A stretch of 63,803 bases of DNA, counting the filler, from Reclinomonas americana ATCC 50394 (Eukaryota), in the NCBI GenBank assembly GCA_048213135.1. It is 19 parts of 19 records of this genome, joined end to end, with 100 filler letters (N's around TTAATTAATTAA, not from the genome) between each part and the next. Parts side by side here need not be neighbours in the genome. Positions count along the whole stretch, not along the records: positions 15,913 to 24,259 come from AFZH01017164.1; positions 24,360 to 29,839 come from AFZH01017165.1; positions 29,940 to 32,341 come from AFZH01017166.1; positions 32,442 to 36,750 come from AFZH01017167.1; positions 36,851 to 37,966 come from AFZH01017168.1; positions 38,067 to 41,512 come from AFZH01017169.1; positions 41,613 to 43,172 come from AFZH01017170.1; positions 43,273 to 45,614 come from AFZH01017171.1; 11 more parts are not named here. One strand, written 5' to 3'. The notes under the pieces were generated by a model. It did no database searches and was not told where the DNA came from. It saw nothing but the letters and a program-made list of their open reading frames with translations. Every line of letters starts with the position of its first letter. Positions within the stretch are counted from its first letter, which is position 1. Position numbers and translations under genes: made by a program. Below are positions 23,382-49,245 of this stretch, in pieces.

Positions 23382-26300
23382 TACAGGAGGGCAGAGGGAA
23401 ATAGAGAGATGAGAAGGAGGAAAGAGAGTGAGCAAACGGGGAGAGAAATAGGGAGCGAGAGAGATGGGAGAGAATAGAGAGTGCGAGAAAGACGCAGGAA
23501 GAATATGGGAGGGAGAGATGAGAAGAAGAAAGAGTAAGCGAAAGGAAGGAGAGCGAAAGGGGGAGCCCTAGAGATGAGAGAGAAGCAGAGAGTGATAGAC
23601 TGGAGGAGGAAGGAAAGATAAGAAGGGAAAAAGAGAATGGAAGGGGGAGAGAAGACGGAGCGCAAGACATGAGAGTGACATGATTGAAGGGGGAGACAGA
23701 GTGGGAGATTGGTGGAAGACGAGGTAACGGAGGGAGAAAGAAGGAGAAAGGAAGCGGGAGAGAAAGGGGGTGAGAGATGAGACAGAAATAGAGAGTATCA
23801 GATAGAGGGAGGGAGGGAGGAAAGAGAGCGAACAATGGAAGGGAGAGAGAGAGGAGGGACTCTCAGTTTCTCTCTCATATCTCTCTCGCTCCCTCTCTCT
23901 CTCCCTTCCATTCTCTCACATATTCTTTTCTCCCTTCTCATCTCTCCATCCCTTCGCCCATCCCTCCTTCTATCTCCAACTCTCAGTTTCTCTCTCGTGA
24001 GATGAGATGGGAGAAAGGAAGGGCTAGAGACGAGGGAGCGAGAGAGAGAATCCAACGCAACATGACATCCACGGGCAACGCGTGAAACAGGTGCGTGTTT
24101 CGCTCGGAACGCAGGCTCTCGATGCTGCCCTCCGACACTTGCAACATGGAGATGACGTCGTCGCGCAGTTGTGTGGCCTCGGTCAGGCACGCACAGTAAA
24201 GAAGAACAATCGCGTCGGAGGGTGGAAGTGGCATGTGTTGCGCTGCGAGGAAGAGTAAGNNNNNNNNNNNNNNNNNNNNNNNNNNNNNNNNNNNNNNNNN
24301 NNNTTAATTAATTAANNNNNNNNNNNNNNNNNNNNNNNNNNNNNNNNNNNNNNNNNNNNAGGGGGATCGGGAAAGGGGGAGAGGGGGGGATGGGGGGAAA
24401 GGGGGAAAGGGGAAGGGTAGGTGAGGTGAGGGGGAGATGGAGAGAGGGGGGATGGGGAAGGGTAGGTGAGGGGAAATGGGGAAAGGGGGGAACGGGGAAC
24501 GGGGACAAGGAGAGGCATGCAGGAGATAATAAGGAGAATGAACTGAAGGATACTGAAGGCGAGAACGAGCAAGAGGAGAACGAGACGAGCAAGAGGAGAA
24601 TGAGACGAGCAACAGGAGAACGAGACGAGCAAGAGGACAGCGAGACGAGCAAGAAGAGAATGAGAAGGATAAGAGAAAATGAGATGAATAAGAGGAGAGC
24701 GAGACGAGCAAGAGCAGAACGAGACGAGCAAGAGGACAGCGAGACGAGCAAGTTGAGAGCGAGACGAGCAAGAGGAGAATGAGATGAACAAGAGGAGAGC
24801 GAGACGAGCAAGAGGAGAACGAGATGAGCAAGAGGAGAACGGGACGGGCAAGAAAGAATGAGACGGGCAAGACAGAATGGTGTGTGAACGAATGAGTCAC
24901 TGGCACTGCCAGTGAGAGTGACAATGAACACGGATAGTTTTTGTGGTGTAAAGGGCAAGGTGCGCTAAATGATGCAGATATCTCTGCAAGCTGAAGAATG
25001 AAACAAACGGAACGAGAAGGAAAGGAAGCGCGCAAAGAACGCAAGATCACATCAACTGTTGAAACTACAAGAAGCTGACAAACCTCCGCCTGGAAAATCG
25101 CATTGTACACGGTCAGCTTTCGTGCCTTCAGATCCTCCACCAGTCGTTTCCGCAAGTCAAATACGAGACGTGGGCACTGGAGCAATTGGGCGAGTACGAA
25201 GAGTGGAATCACTTCAAGACTCTGCAGGGAGATGGGGGGGATCGGTGAACGGGTGGAATGCAAAATTACGATAGAGATGGCGAGACAACGAAAACGAGGC
25301 TGTGCCTGAAATCTCCTCCTCGTGACTACTCTTGGGTTCACAGAGTTCTTCCTGATCCACTCTGGCTTCCCGCAAATTACACTCTCCATTTCTCTCCTAT
25401 CACTTATCAGCTCTATTCTGCCAGCTTCGGTCTCTCATGAGCTCAAACAATGGTGCCTTCTGTGAGTCTCTTCTCAGGCCCTTTACCTCTAGTATCTGCT
25501 CCATTTGTGCCTCCCTTCTTCTCTCTGTTCACTCTGCCTCGAGTCTGAGCAAGCTCACTCTCTATAAGCCGCTATACACACACGCGCGAGCGCATACACA
25601 CACATTCACGGAAAATGGCAACAAAGGCGTGAATGTACGCGCACTTGCGTGCTCCTCTCTCGCTCACATCATCGCTGCACCCTCTCCCTTGTTCAAAGTT
25701 CTTTCCTCCTTCTCTGTCCCGTCTCTGCTCACCCTTCTCTTCCCCATTCCCCCACCCTTCCCCCCTCCACGCACCTCACACACGAGCCTCCCCGTGTACA
25801 TGGTCATCAACAAGCGCGGCATCACATTGAACCGATCGCGCACATCCGACAAATCCACACAAATCAAGTCTCGCTCGCGCTTGGCCACTGTCGCCGGCAC
25901 AGACGACGACTGATTGGCGAGGGAGGCCACGGCGGCCACTGCACCAGCACTGGCCGCCGCCAGCGTCGCTGCGCGTTCCCGTCGATCCAACTCCAACAGC
26001 GCCGCACGAATCCGATCGCTGTACATGCTGACAATCAGCCGGTGCGCCAGCACGTCCAGCTCCAGCCACGTGACGGCCGTGCCGACCGTGTAGTACGACG
26101 AGTCCTCTTCTATGGCGTCCGCTGCAAGCAACGAAATGTGAGGTGGGGGAAAAGGAGAAGAGAGAGGGGCGGTGGAGACAGAACGATTGCTTGGTTCTGC
26201 GGGAGCGGGGGAGGCGCCGATGCGGGAGGGCGTGTGGCGTCCTGAGCGGCCGGAGGATGGTCGACCGCCGGAGGGTGTGCTGGGGGAGGCCGATACTGTA

Positions 26301-27033
26301 CACGGAAAGGTCAGAAAAGGGAGAAGGGAGAGGGGAGAGGGAGGGAGATGGGGAAAGGGGTTACCGAGAGCCTCGTCAGAGTCCATCAAGGCGTCGTGGG
26401 CGCGACGAATGGTGAGTACGAGGTCGGCGAAGATGCTGTTGGTGTAGACGCTGTGCGGGGGGGCAAAGGGGGAGGGAGTGAGAAGGAGGGTGAGAAGGGG
26501 ATGAGCAAGGGAGAAGAGAAAGAGGGGGAGAGCAAGGGGGAGAGAAGGGGGGAGAGAAGGGGGAGAGAAGGGGGGAGAAGGGGGAGAATGGAATGAGAAG
26601 GGGATGAGAACGGGATGAGAAGGGGAAGGAGTGGGAGAAGGAAGAGAGGGGGAAGAGAAGGGAAAGAGAAGGGGATGAGAAGGAGGATGAGAAGGGGGAT
26701 AAGACGGGAGAGATGGCGGATGGGAGGAGAGAAGGGAGAAGAGAAGGAGGATGGGAAGGGGATGAGAATAGGGATAGAAGGGGGAGAGAAGGGGAAGAGA
26801 AGGGGGAGAGAAGAGGGAAAGGAGCAACTGCAGTCAGTGGAGAGCGTGATCAGAGAGAGAATGAATGAAGATGAGAGTGAATGTGTGTGTGTGTGAGAGA
26901 GAGAGAGAGACAGTTGACTGCACTGTGCGAGAAGAAAGAGAGAGCGCATGCGCAACGATGAGAAATCGACATTGCGCAGATAGCCGTTGGCGTCGGCTTG
27001 TGAGGCCGCCGCGGCCGCATTGGAAGGACTCAT
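20329..27033 (-). CDS. BTB-BACK-SPRY(B30.2) protein, likely CUL3 adaptor (spans a gap)
   Basis: BTB: FADLVLTI..AHRLIVSMYSDRIRA..LLMTMYTG. BACK: VHEETIFELL..LFTTVNFQLL. SPRY: YFCEFHV..VGV..WLGADSHSWG..GEDDRVGVLINLDVGTLQFLLNSEYVGV/AFTNL..LHFAV*. Confidence 0.82.
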
Positions 27034-28330
27034 CGACGGTCCATCGTCTCCGTTGGAGGAGTGCGGTTCGGCGGGAACGCACGGGAACATTGCGCGCCTT
27101 TTTACTCCTGCTCTTCTCTTTCTATGTGTGCGCGCTTGCTCTCAACGACGAGCGGATCGATGCAACGTCGGCGTGTCCTGCGCGTGTCCTTGTGGCTTTC
27201 TTTGTGGGAACAGGAGCAGAAGCGAGCGTGGATGAATGTGCAGTGTGAGTTGGGAAGCCGTCTGCGCGGAGATTGCGCAGAAAGCGATGTAATTCGAATT
27301 CAAGATCAAGCGAAATCGAGAAGGGCCGGAGGCAACAACAACAATTCATTCACCAAGCAACCGCAGTCTTGATGACCAAGTCCATCCGCATCCCAAATAT
27401 CAACACAGACACCAATCTTGAGACAGCAGCAGGTTCCTTGTGTGTGTGTTCGCTGTCGGAGCTCCGAACAAGTCGAGACCTGCGATCTTCACCGCAGAAG
27501 CGTGGTTGACCAGTGGATTTGACGCACTTGCATAGACGCATAGCGTTTTCTGCGATCGTACACGGCACATCGAATTCGGGAAAGGCCACAACCAGGCAAA
27601 CAAAGCAAAGCCGGGTCCGGATCCGTGAAGCAGGCGGAGGTGTGAAGTGGTTGAAACAGAAGAGAGCTTGTCATGTTGTTGGTGAGGCTCATATCGGTGG
27701 TGGCTGGTGGTAGGCGCAGTTGTTGTTGTTGTTGTTGTTGTTATTGTTGTTGTGTCAGCAGTGATTTCAAGCGATCTCGATCGTAAATTCGGATACGCGA
27801 AAACGATGCCAGCAAGCGCGGCTCTGCGATTTCTTTTCCACGATTCGGCGGTCGGGTCCTGGGGAGGGCGTTTGCCAGGGCACGCTATATGGGCTCGGAA
27901 ATTCGAAAAAGACAAAAATTGTAGTGGGAACGAATACCGATCATCTGCGATGTGCGCAGCGATCGAATTGATCTTGATCTCGAGTTCCTTGAGTACTGCT
28001 CGGAGAAAATCCGTGGCTTCTGCGACTGAAGGTTTGAAAGCGCTTTTTGTGGCAGCCGAGGCTCCAATCTCCCGGCGCGCGCGCGGACGGCGAACATCGA
28101 TGTACATCCACAAAAACTGCAAGTGGAATTGTTGGTGTTCGCGGAACTCTTCAGTGCTGCAGACTGTGCGTTTCTTGCGTGGTGGCGCCGCTCATACTTG
28201 TCATTCCCGCGGTTGCCGCATCCGGCGCACGACTGGTCGATTGGGTGGCGGGAAAAAAGTGCGCGAAAAACCCGTCAATTTTTTTTTGTGCACAACGGAG
28301 CGCACTGCCTCCCTCTCCTCTCTCACACAC

Positions 28331-35065
<6,735 letters not shown>

Positions 35066-35072
<7 letters not shown>

Positions 35073-35432
35073 AGAGAGCTTGTAACGATTATATACATGT
35101 CTCTAATTGTGTGTGTTCACTCGACATTTGCTGCCGCCGATGCTGCGGAGACTGTGGTAGAAAGAACCTGTAACCAATATATACACGTCTCTAATTGTGT
35201 TCACTCGGAATCTGCTGCCGCCGATACTGTCGAGACTTTGGTAGAAAGAGCCTGCAACCAATATATACACGTCTCTAATTGTGTTCACTCGGAATCTGCT
35301 GCCGCCGGTGCTGCCGAGACTGTTGTGCGTTGAGGAGGTGGCGATTAGCAAGAGCCTGTAACCAAAATATACACGTTCTAATTGTGTGTGTTCACTCGGC
35401 ATCTGCTGCCGCCGATGCTGCGGAGACAGTGG
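35066..35432. repeat. Four tandem copies (period 84-104 bp) of the convergent GHMP-kinase/PSMG4 3' junction
   Basis: tgtaac/tgcaac anchors at 35081, 35169, 35253 and 35357, each followed by tatatacacgtctctaattgtg..ttcactcgg..ctgctgccgccg. Confidence 0.95.
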
Positions 35433-35941
35433 TGGGTGGAGGCGGCGGTGCTGGCGCAGCAGCAGCACCAGGCAAGATGCCCAGACGCCGCAATTCGCGC
35501 TGCAACACAATCTCCACAAACTCCTCCACCTGCTGGTTGCCGGCCGTGCGCGTCAAGTTGCAGCTGACAAAGACGGGGGCGTGAAGGCGCTTGGCTGTGA
35601 TCAGCGAATGAGGGGAAGTGAACGGTGGAAAAAGGTGGTTTGTCGTACCGAGGCGCTTGCTGAGTGCGGTTTCGAATTCCTTCTCGCTGCCCAACAGCGG
35701 TGTGGAGCTGGGAACGCGGTCCTGCAGAGGAGCGCCCATATGAGCAACGGGAGGAGTGCAGGGGAAGAGCGAGTGTCTGCGCAACAAAGGGTGTCTCCAC
35801 GGCCGCAGTGAGGCTCTCCATGCGATTCGAGTCGTCGCCGATCCACAGCCACGTGGCGCCGCTGGAGTAGTGCAGAACGCGGAAGTGCACGTCGACGTCC
35901 ATCATACGGGCGGAGAAGATGTGTTCCTCGAGGAGAGGGGC
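35392..35941 (-). CDS. PSMG4: Proteasome assembly chaperone 4 (PAC4), first exon missing
   Basis: HIFSARMMDVDVHFRVLHYSSGATWLWIG..LTAAV/..PSSTPLLG..ALSKRL/AKRLHAPVFVSCNL..VE..LQREL matches the PAC4 pattern (HF....S.FLWVG..STSLLG..LA.RL...VFVS.NL). Confidence 0.85.
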
Positions 35942-36584
35942 CTGAGGAGGGGAAGAGGGGAAGGGGAAGGGTGGAAGGGGAAAGGGGAAGGGGGGGGGGG
36001 GGGGGGAAGGGGGAACGGTGAGTGAGAGTGGGGAAAACTAGAAGAATTGACTACTTGTCACGAAGCGATGTGCTTCTAAGACAGTGGGGTTTCTCTGTGA
36101 GAGAGCTGCAGAGAGGAGGGCGAGAGCCTGACAGACGACGGGGAAGCTGAGCGAATGGTGACGCGACTTGTCAGCAGGGCAATGTGCTTCTCTGGCCGCA
36201 CACCGGAGACAAGAAGACTCAAGACAGAGTTTGCTGCTCTGTGAGAGAAAGAGAGAGGCGGAAGGGCCACAACCCAAGGCGAGAGCGAGTGAGAGTAAGA
36301 GAGGAAGGCAAGAGCAGAGCAACCGAGAAAATAGACTGGTCAGCAAGGCACTTGTGCTTCTCTGTGAGAGGAATTCAGGTGAAGAAACGAAGACAGAGCA
36401 AGAAAGGGAGAGACAGACTATAAAGAGGAAGCTTGCAGACTTGTCAGCAAGTCGAACGTGCCTCTATGCGAAAAAACAAGAAGGCTGACACCAGAACTTA
36501 ACAAACACAACTTGTGAGAGGAACTGCATGAAGGGAAGAGGTGGAGGGCGTGATAGGGCATGCATAGAGTGAGAGAGGAAGACT

Positions 36585-36657
<73 letters not shown>

Positions 36658-36952
36658 CGAGACGAGACGTACGTACGTACGTACCGTACCTTACGTACGT
36701 AACGTACGTACGTACTACTACGTAACGTAACGTAACGTACGTACGTACGTNNNNNNNNNNNNNNNNNNNNNNNNNNNNNNNNNNNNNNNNNNNNTTAATT
36801 AATTAANNNNNNNNNNNNNNNNNNNNNNNNNNNNNNNNNNNNNNNNNNNNAAGTAACGTACGTACTACTAGTAAGAAGTAGAGACGTTAGTAGTAGACGA
36901 CGACGTACGTACGACACTACTACTACGTACTAACGTAACCTAACGTACGTAC

Positions 36953-37031
<79 letters not shown>

Positions 37032-37517
37032 CCACTCACTCCTCACATATTCGGAAAAAAACTGCATTTTCTTTTTTCTCTCTCTCACACACTCACACAC
37101 ACTCTCTCACACTCTCTTACGCAACAACAGAAGCCTCACTTGCCTCCGCAGCCGCACTCATGACAGAATCACCCGCGAGCACACGACTGTCCCACAGACT
37201 GTCACTCACACTCTCGCTTTGCCACTCACACATTATGCCAAGAAAGAACAGCAGGAAAGCCATTGAATCATCCTCACACTCATCGACATCATCGAGTGAG
37301 GAAAGCGATAAAGCATCGGCAATATTACAAAAATTTCTCTCTTGCTTTCACTCTCACACGCTCTCTCACTCTCTCTCTGTCACACTCACACACACTCTCG
37401 CTCTCACTTGCTGCGTCGTTCATGCAGCAACATCACTAATGACAATCGAATCACTAGCGAGCACTCGACTGTCCCGCAGATTGTCACACTCACTCTCACA
37501 CTTTACCACTCACACAT

Positions 37518-44476
<6,959 letters not shown>

Positions 44477-45501
44477 AGGAGGTGGCCGGTCGTTGTCTTT
44501 ACTTGCTGCACGGTATGGGACTGAGGCAGGAGAGGGACCTAGCTTCGCCAACTCTGTCTCTCTAACCCACAGAGTAGATTCGTCATCTTGGAGCCTTCTA
44601 CTATCGTCTCACCCTTGCTTTTCGATTGTGCGTTCTTTGCGCGAGTGGCAATAGACAAGCAGGCTGTCGATTCTAGTGCGAACAGTCAGTGCAGCACGCT
44701 GCTCTCTCTTCTCGTGCTCTCTCACCCAATGAGTGCGAATCATCAGCGTTGCTGTTCTTCTCTTCCTTGCACTCAATAATCTCACTCTTCCGTCTTCGCT
44801 GCGCATTCTTACACTGGGAAGGAAGGAAGAGAAACCACAGATATGTATGTTCGGAGTGCAATGCATCAGTTGTCTCTCTCCCGTTCTCAACGAAAGGGTG
44901 TGGTCTATTAACTTCACCTATTCCTCCTTCCTCCTGCCTCTCTCATTCTTCACGAATACGCATTTCGAATGTGCGAAAGAAGCAAGAGACAAGCAGGCTG
45001 TCGATTCATGTGTGATCAATCACTGCTCTATCCTCCTGCTCTCTCAACCAATCAGTGCAGCCAATGTGCTTGGTCCTTCCTCTTCCTTCCACTCTCTCAT
45101 TCAACTGTTCCCCATCTATAAATCACCACGTTGCGAGAGATGCAAGAGACACGCAGATTTCTGTGGTGGTGGTGGTGTGGCTGCATGCGTCACCTGCTCC
45201 AACACGCACACACACACTCTCTCTCTCTCTGACCCAGAGAGTAAATCTATTATCTTAGCTCCCTTCTACTCTCATCACACTCTTGCCTCTCGTTTGTGCG
45301 TTCCCACTTTGCAAGAGGAGACGCTGATTGTGATGATGGCTGCAACTCTTTCAACCAAAGAGTGAGATCCATTTTCCTATTCCTCTCCACTCTTCTCTCT
45401 CTCCCTTCTATCTGCCCCACTTCCAATCTTCCTCCCTCCCTCTTCATACTGTTTTCACCAGAGAAAATCAATATTACATTTCTCTCAGTGATGCAAGCAA
45501 T

Positions 45502-46070
45502 TTAGGTGCTCGCAAACGGCGAGATCTCGCAGGTGAGACCAGTGTACGAGCCGCAGCAGTTGCCGTTGCCGAGGTGCTCCGACACACCCGGGCACGAGGC
45601 AGTGCCAGCAGCCANNNNNNNNNNNNNNNNNNNNNNNNNNNNNNNNNNNNNNNNNNNNTTAATTAATTAANNNNNNNNNNNNNNNNNNNNNNNNNNNNNN
45701 NNNNNNNNNNNNNNTTTTCAGTGCCCGGCGGGCACGACACGGCGCCGCTGGCGACAGCCGGGTACTGCTTGCAGTTGTAGTAGCACGAGCAGGTCAGGTC
45801 GGACTGGCAGAAACCGTTGCTGTTGCAGGCGCCCGGAGCGTTGGTGCACACGCCAGCCGGCGGCCACACAGCGGGGAAGGGAGACACGTCGCAGTTGGCA
45901 CCCGAGTACACGCCGCAGCAGTTGCCGTTGGTCACGTCGGTGGTGCTGGGCGGGCAGCCGACAGTACCGGCCTTGACGGCGTCGTAGTTCTTGCAGGTGG
46001 CTGGACAGTCGGCCATGGCGTAGGCCACACAGAGGGCGAGGACAGCGATGAAGAGGATCTTGGCAGTCAT
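45502..46070 (-). CDS. Secreted Cys-rich repeat protein, copy 1 (middle in gap)
   Basis: Signal peptide MTAKILFIAVLALCVAYAMA. Repeated module CKxYxAVxxGxxxCP..NGNCCGxYxGxxCxxSPF. C-terminus AAGTASCPGVSEHLGNGNCCGSYTGLTCEISPFAST*. No introns in the visible parts. Confidence 0.85.
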
Positions 46071-46137
46071 TTTTTTCTGTTTGCTTGTGCTCACGGAGGT
46101 GTGATGAAAAACAATTTGCCGTCCCAACCTCATTCGC

Positions 46138-46146
46138 CTTTTATAT
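46138..46146 (-). promoter_or_regulatory. TATA box (ATATAAAAG) of Cys-rich gene copy 1; conserved in copy 2 at ~49316-49324
   Basis: Forward cttttatat, ~70 bp upstream of the ATG in both copies. Confidence 0.7.
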
Positions 46147-46842
46147 CCCGAGCGAGGGCTGAAGTAGTGGCTCGCCTTGCGCCGAGAGCCGGTACCGTTG
46201 TCTCATTTTTCTTGCGGTCGGGAAAAATGCATGCACGCTGCGGAAGAACTTGTCCTGATTACGAATTCGTGAACTGTGTTCGAGAGTGGTCGACAGCACA
46301 ATGGTGAGGACAGCGAAGTTTGACATGTGGGTAGGTTGCATCGTGCGTGCATGCAGAACAGAGCAGCAGAGCGAGAGAGAGTGAAGAAATGTGCACGCTA
46401 AAGGAGAAATTAGTTTGTTCGCGAAAATGCATTTCGGACATACAGTATCACGGCTACAGTAACGCTTTCGATCTGGTGACCGGGTGATGTCTACGTGTGG
46501 TGGGGCGCGGGGAAGGGTAGGCTCTACACTGACGACCGCGATGACTGGATCTGGGTGTCAAAGCGTTGTCTGCTGTTTGTTTGCGTGCAGCTGTCTTGCG
46601 CAAGGAAACTCTCCTAGCACCATGCGCTCAGCGCTCTGGCAGAGCTCCCCTTCTTGGTCGACCTTGGTGTCTTGGTCTGTCGGAACGACACCCATTTTTC
46701 GTGCATAAACATCAACACAAACACCAGTCTTACGGCAGCATGCGCAGCAGGTTTTCTTGTGTGTGTGTGTGTGTGTGTGTGTCGGCAAGGGATTTGTGGC
46801 CATTTGTCGCATTATTGGAATGTGGTGAATGAAGTGTTTTGT

Positions 46843-46886
<44 letters not shown>

Positions 46887-47001
46887 TGTGTGTGTGTGTG
46901 TNNNNNNNNNNNNNNNNNNNNNNNNNNNNNNNNNNNNNNNNNNNNTTAATTAATTAANNNNNNNNNNNNNNNNNNNNNNNNNNNNNNNNNNNNNNNNNNN
47001 N

Positions 47002-47794
47002 GTGATCGCCGTCAGCGTCCTTGCAGTAAAGAAGGGTGAGGGGAGATACTGATAACATGCACACATCGGTCTGGGGATGAGGGGTGATGAGACACTGGTT
47101 GCACACTCGAATTCGTCAATTGCAATACATGGTGCAGGGTAGACAAGCACACCGTTCAAGGGTTGAGGGTGAAGTGACACTGTTCCCACGTATACTGCTG
47201 ATGAGGTTCAGTAGTGGATCCTTTTGCTGCGGACTGCAGATCTGCCAGCTGCACACAACCTGCATCGTCTTCATCAGTTCCACTGATGATAGTAATCCGA
47301 TGGCACAGCCTTCTTGTTGTGGTCGATCTTCAGCGGCAGATCGAGCACGTCAGGTAGCGGGCGTTCCATTACAGCGTCGTAGCAGTCGTCCTTATCCTTC
47401 TCCACTGGTCGCAGCTCGCGAGAATCACGCATGTCAATGAACTGCTGAAGGTAGATGGCCCGGCTCTTGGGTGCGGCGTTCTCCATCATGTAGACAGAGT
47501 GGCGCATCCGCATGGCGTCGTTGTGCTGGTTGAACGGCGTGACACCAAAGCCTTGAGGCCCGTTGCAGTTGATCATCTTGCTGGCAGTCTTGACACCCTT
47601 GTCTCGTTCGCCAACGTGTCTGGTTTTGTTGTGGTGGTGGTGGTGAGACCGAGCGACATCTTGCATTGCCGGTTGATGGCCTTGTCGTAGTTCTTGGCCA
47701 TGGTGTCCGTCACCATACCGCCCACCGAGTAAAACGTTGCCGATGGCACAATGAACAGCTTGATGGCGTTGACCTTGTGGGTCGGATGCAGCAC
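47002..47794 (-). pseudogene. Frameshifted intronless fragment of a divergent multisubunit RNA polymerase beta/Rpb2-like subunit
   Basis: Ordered motifs LHPTH..FIVPSAT (47791-47735), PFNQHNDAMRMRHSVYMMENAAP (47537-47469), VMERPL, and ITIISGTDEDDA (47296-47261), across three frames. Coding-like codon bias. Recognised by eye only. Confidence 0.6.
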
Positions 47795-48926
47795 CTCTCT
47801 CTCTCTCTCTCTAACTCAAAGAATTCGATTCATCTGCGTAACTTTCTCCTCTTCCTTCCACTCTTTCATCTCACTCTTCCATCTTCGTTGCGCATTTCTA
47901 CGTTGGGAAAGAAGGAAGAGAAACCGCTGATATGTTCGGAGTGCAATGCATCAGTTGTCTCTCTCCCGTTCTCAACGAAAGGGTGTGGTCTATTAACTTC
48001 ACCTATTCCTCCTTCCTCCTGCCTCTTTCTCGTGCATCCCATTCTTCATGAGTGCGCATTCCCAGTGTGCGAGAGAGAAGCAAGAGACAACCATGCTGTC
48101 GATTCCAGTGCGAACAGTCAGTGTAGTACACTGCTCGCTCCCTCGTGCTCTCTCAACCAATGAGTGCGAATCATCAGCGTTGCTGTTCTTCTCTTCCTTT
48201 CACTCTATAATCTCACTCTTCCGTCTTCGCTGCGCATTCTTTACAGGGAAGGAAGGAAGAGAAACCACAGATACGTTCGGAGTGCAATGCATCAGTTGTC
48301 GCCCATTCTCAACGAATGGGAGATGTCTATTAACTTCTCCTACTTCTACTTCTTCCTACCTTTGTCTCATGTCTCTCATTCTTCATGAGTGCACATTCCG
48401 AATGTGCGAAAGAAGCAAGAAACAAGCAGGCTGTCAATTTCTTGTGCGATCGATCACTGCTCTCTCCCTCGTGCTCTCTCAGCCAGTCAGTGCAACCAAT
48501 GTGCTTGGTCCTTCCCTCTTCCTTCCACTCTCTCATTCAACTGTTTCCCATCTATAAATCACCACGTTGCGAGAGATGCACGCAGATTTTTGTGGTGGTG
48601 GTGCCAACACACACACACACTCTCTCTCTCTGACCCAGAGAGTAGATGAATCATCTTAGATCCCTTCTACTCTCATCACACTCTTGCCTCTCGCTTGTGC
48701 GTTCCCACTTTGCAAGAGGAGACGCTGATTGTGATGATCGCTGCACCTCTGTCAACCAAAGAGTGAGATCCATCTTTATATCTTCCCTCAACACTCTTCT
48801 CTCTCTCTCCCTTCCATCTGCCCCACTTCCAATCTTCCTCCCTCCCTCTCTCCCCCTCCAATATCGATGATACCGTCTTCAAGAGAGATCATTTAGAATT
48901 ACATTTCTCTCAGTGATGCAAGCAAT

Positions 48927-49245
48927 TTAGGTGCTCGCGAACGGCGAGATCTCGCAGGTGAGACCAGTGTACGAGCCGCAGCAGTTGCCGTTGCCGAGGT
49001 GCTCCGACACACCCGGGCACGAGGCGGTGCCGGCAGCCANNNNNNNNNNNNNNNNNNNNNNNNNNNNNNNNNNNNNNNNNNNNTTAATTAATTAANNNNN
49101 NNNNNNNNNNNNNNNNNNNNNNNNNNNNNNNNNNNNNNNTGCCAGCCTTGACGGCGTCGTAGTTCTTGCAGGTGGCTGGACAGTCGGCCATGGCGTAGGC
49201 CACACAGAGGGCGAGGACAGCGATGAAGAGGATCTTGGCAGTCAT
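48927..49245 (-). CDS. Secreted Cys-rich repeat protein, copy 2 (middle in gap)
   Basis: Same signal peptide and N-terminus (MTAKILF..CKNYDAVKAG) and same C-terminus (..CEISPFAST*), with a few synonymous differences. Confidence 0.85.

Noticed and set aside
35073..35432. CRISPR-like appearance of the 84-104-bp repeats
   Set aside because: Whole units are homologous with no unique spacers; eukaryotic context and no cas genes.
36656..36955. ACGT/TACG-rich runs at contig ends (also ~41420-41670, 50990-51210, 59790-60140)
   Set aside because: They occur only next to gaps after microsatellites and follow a TACG cycle, consistent with pyrosequencing read-end noise.
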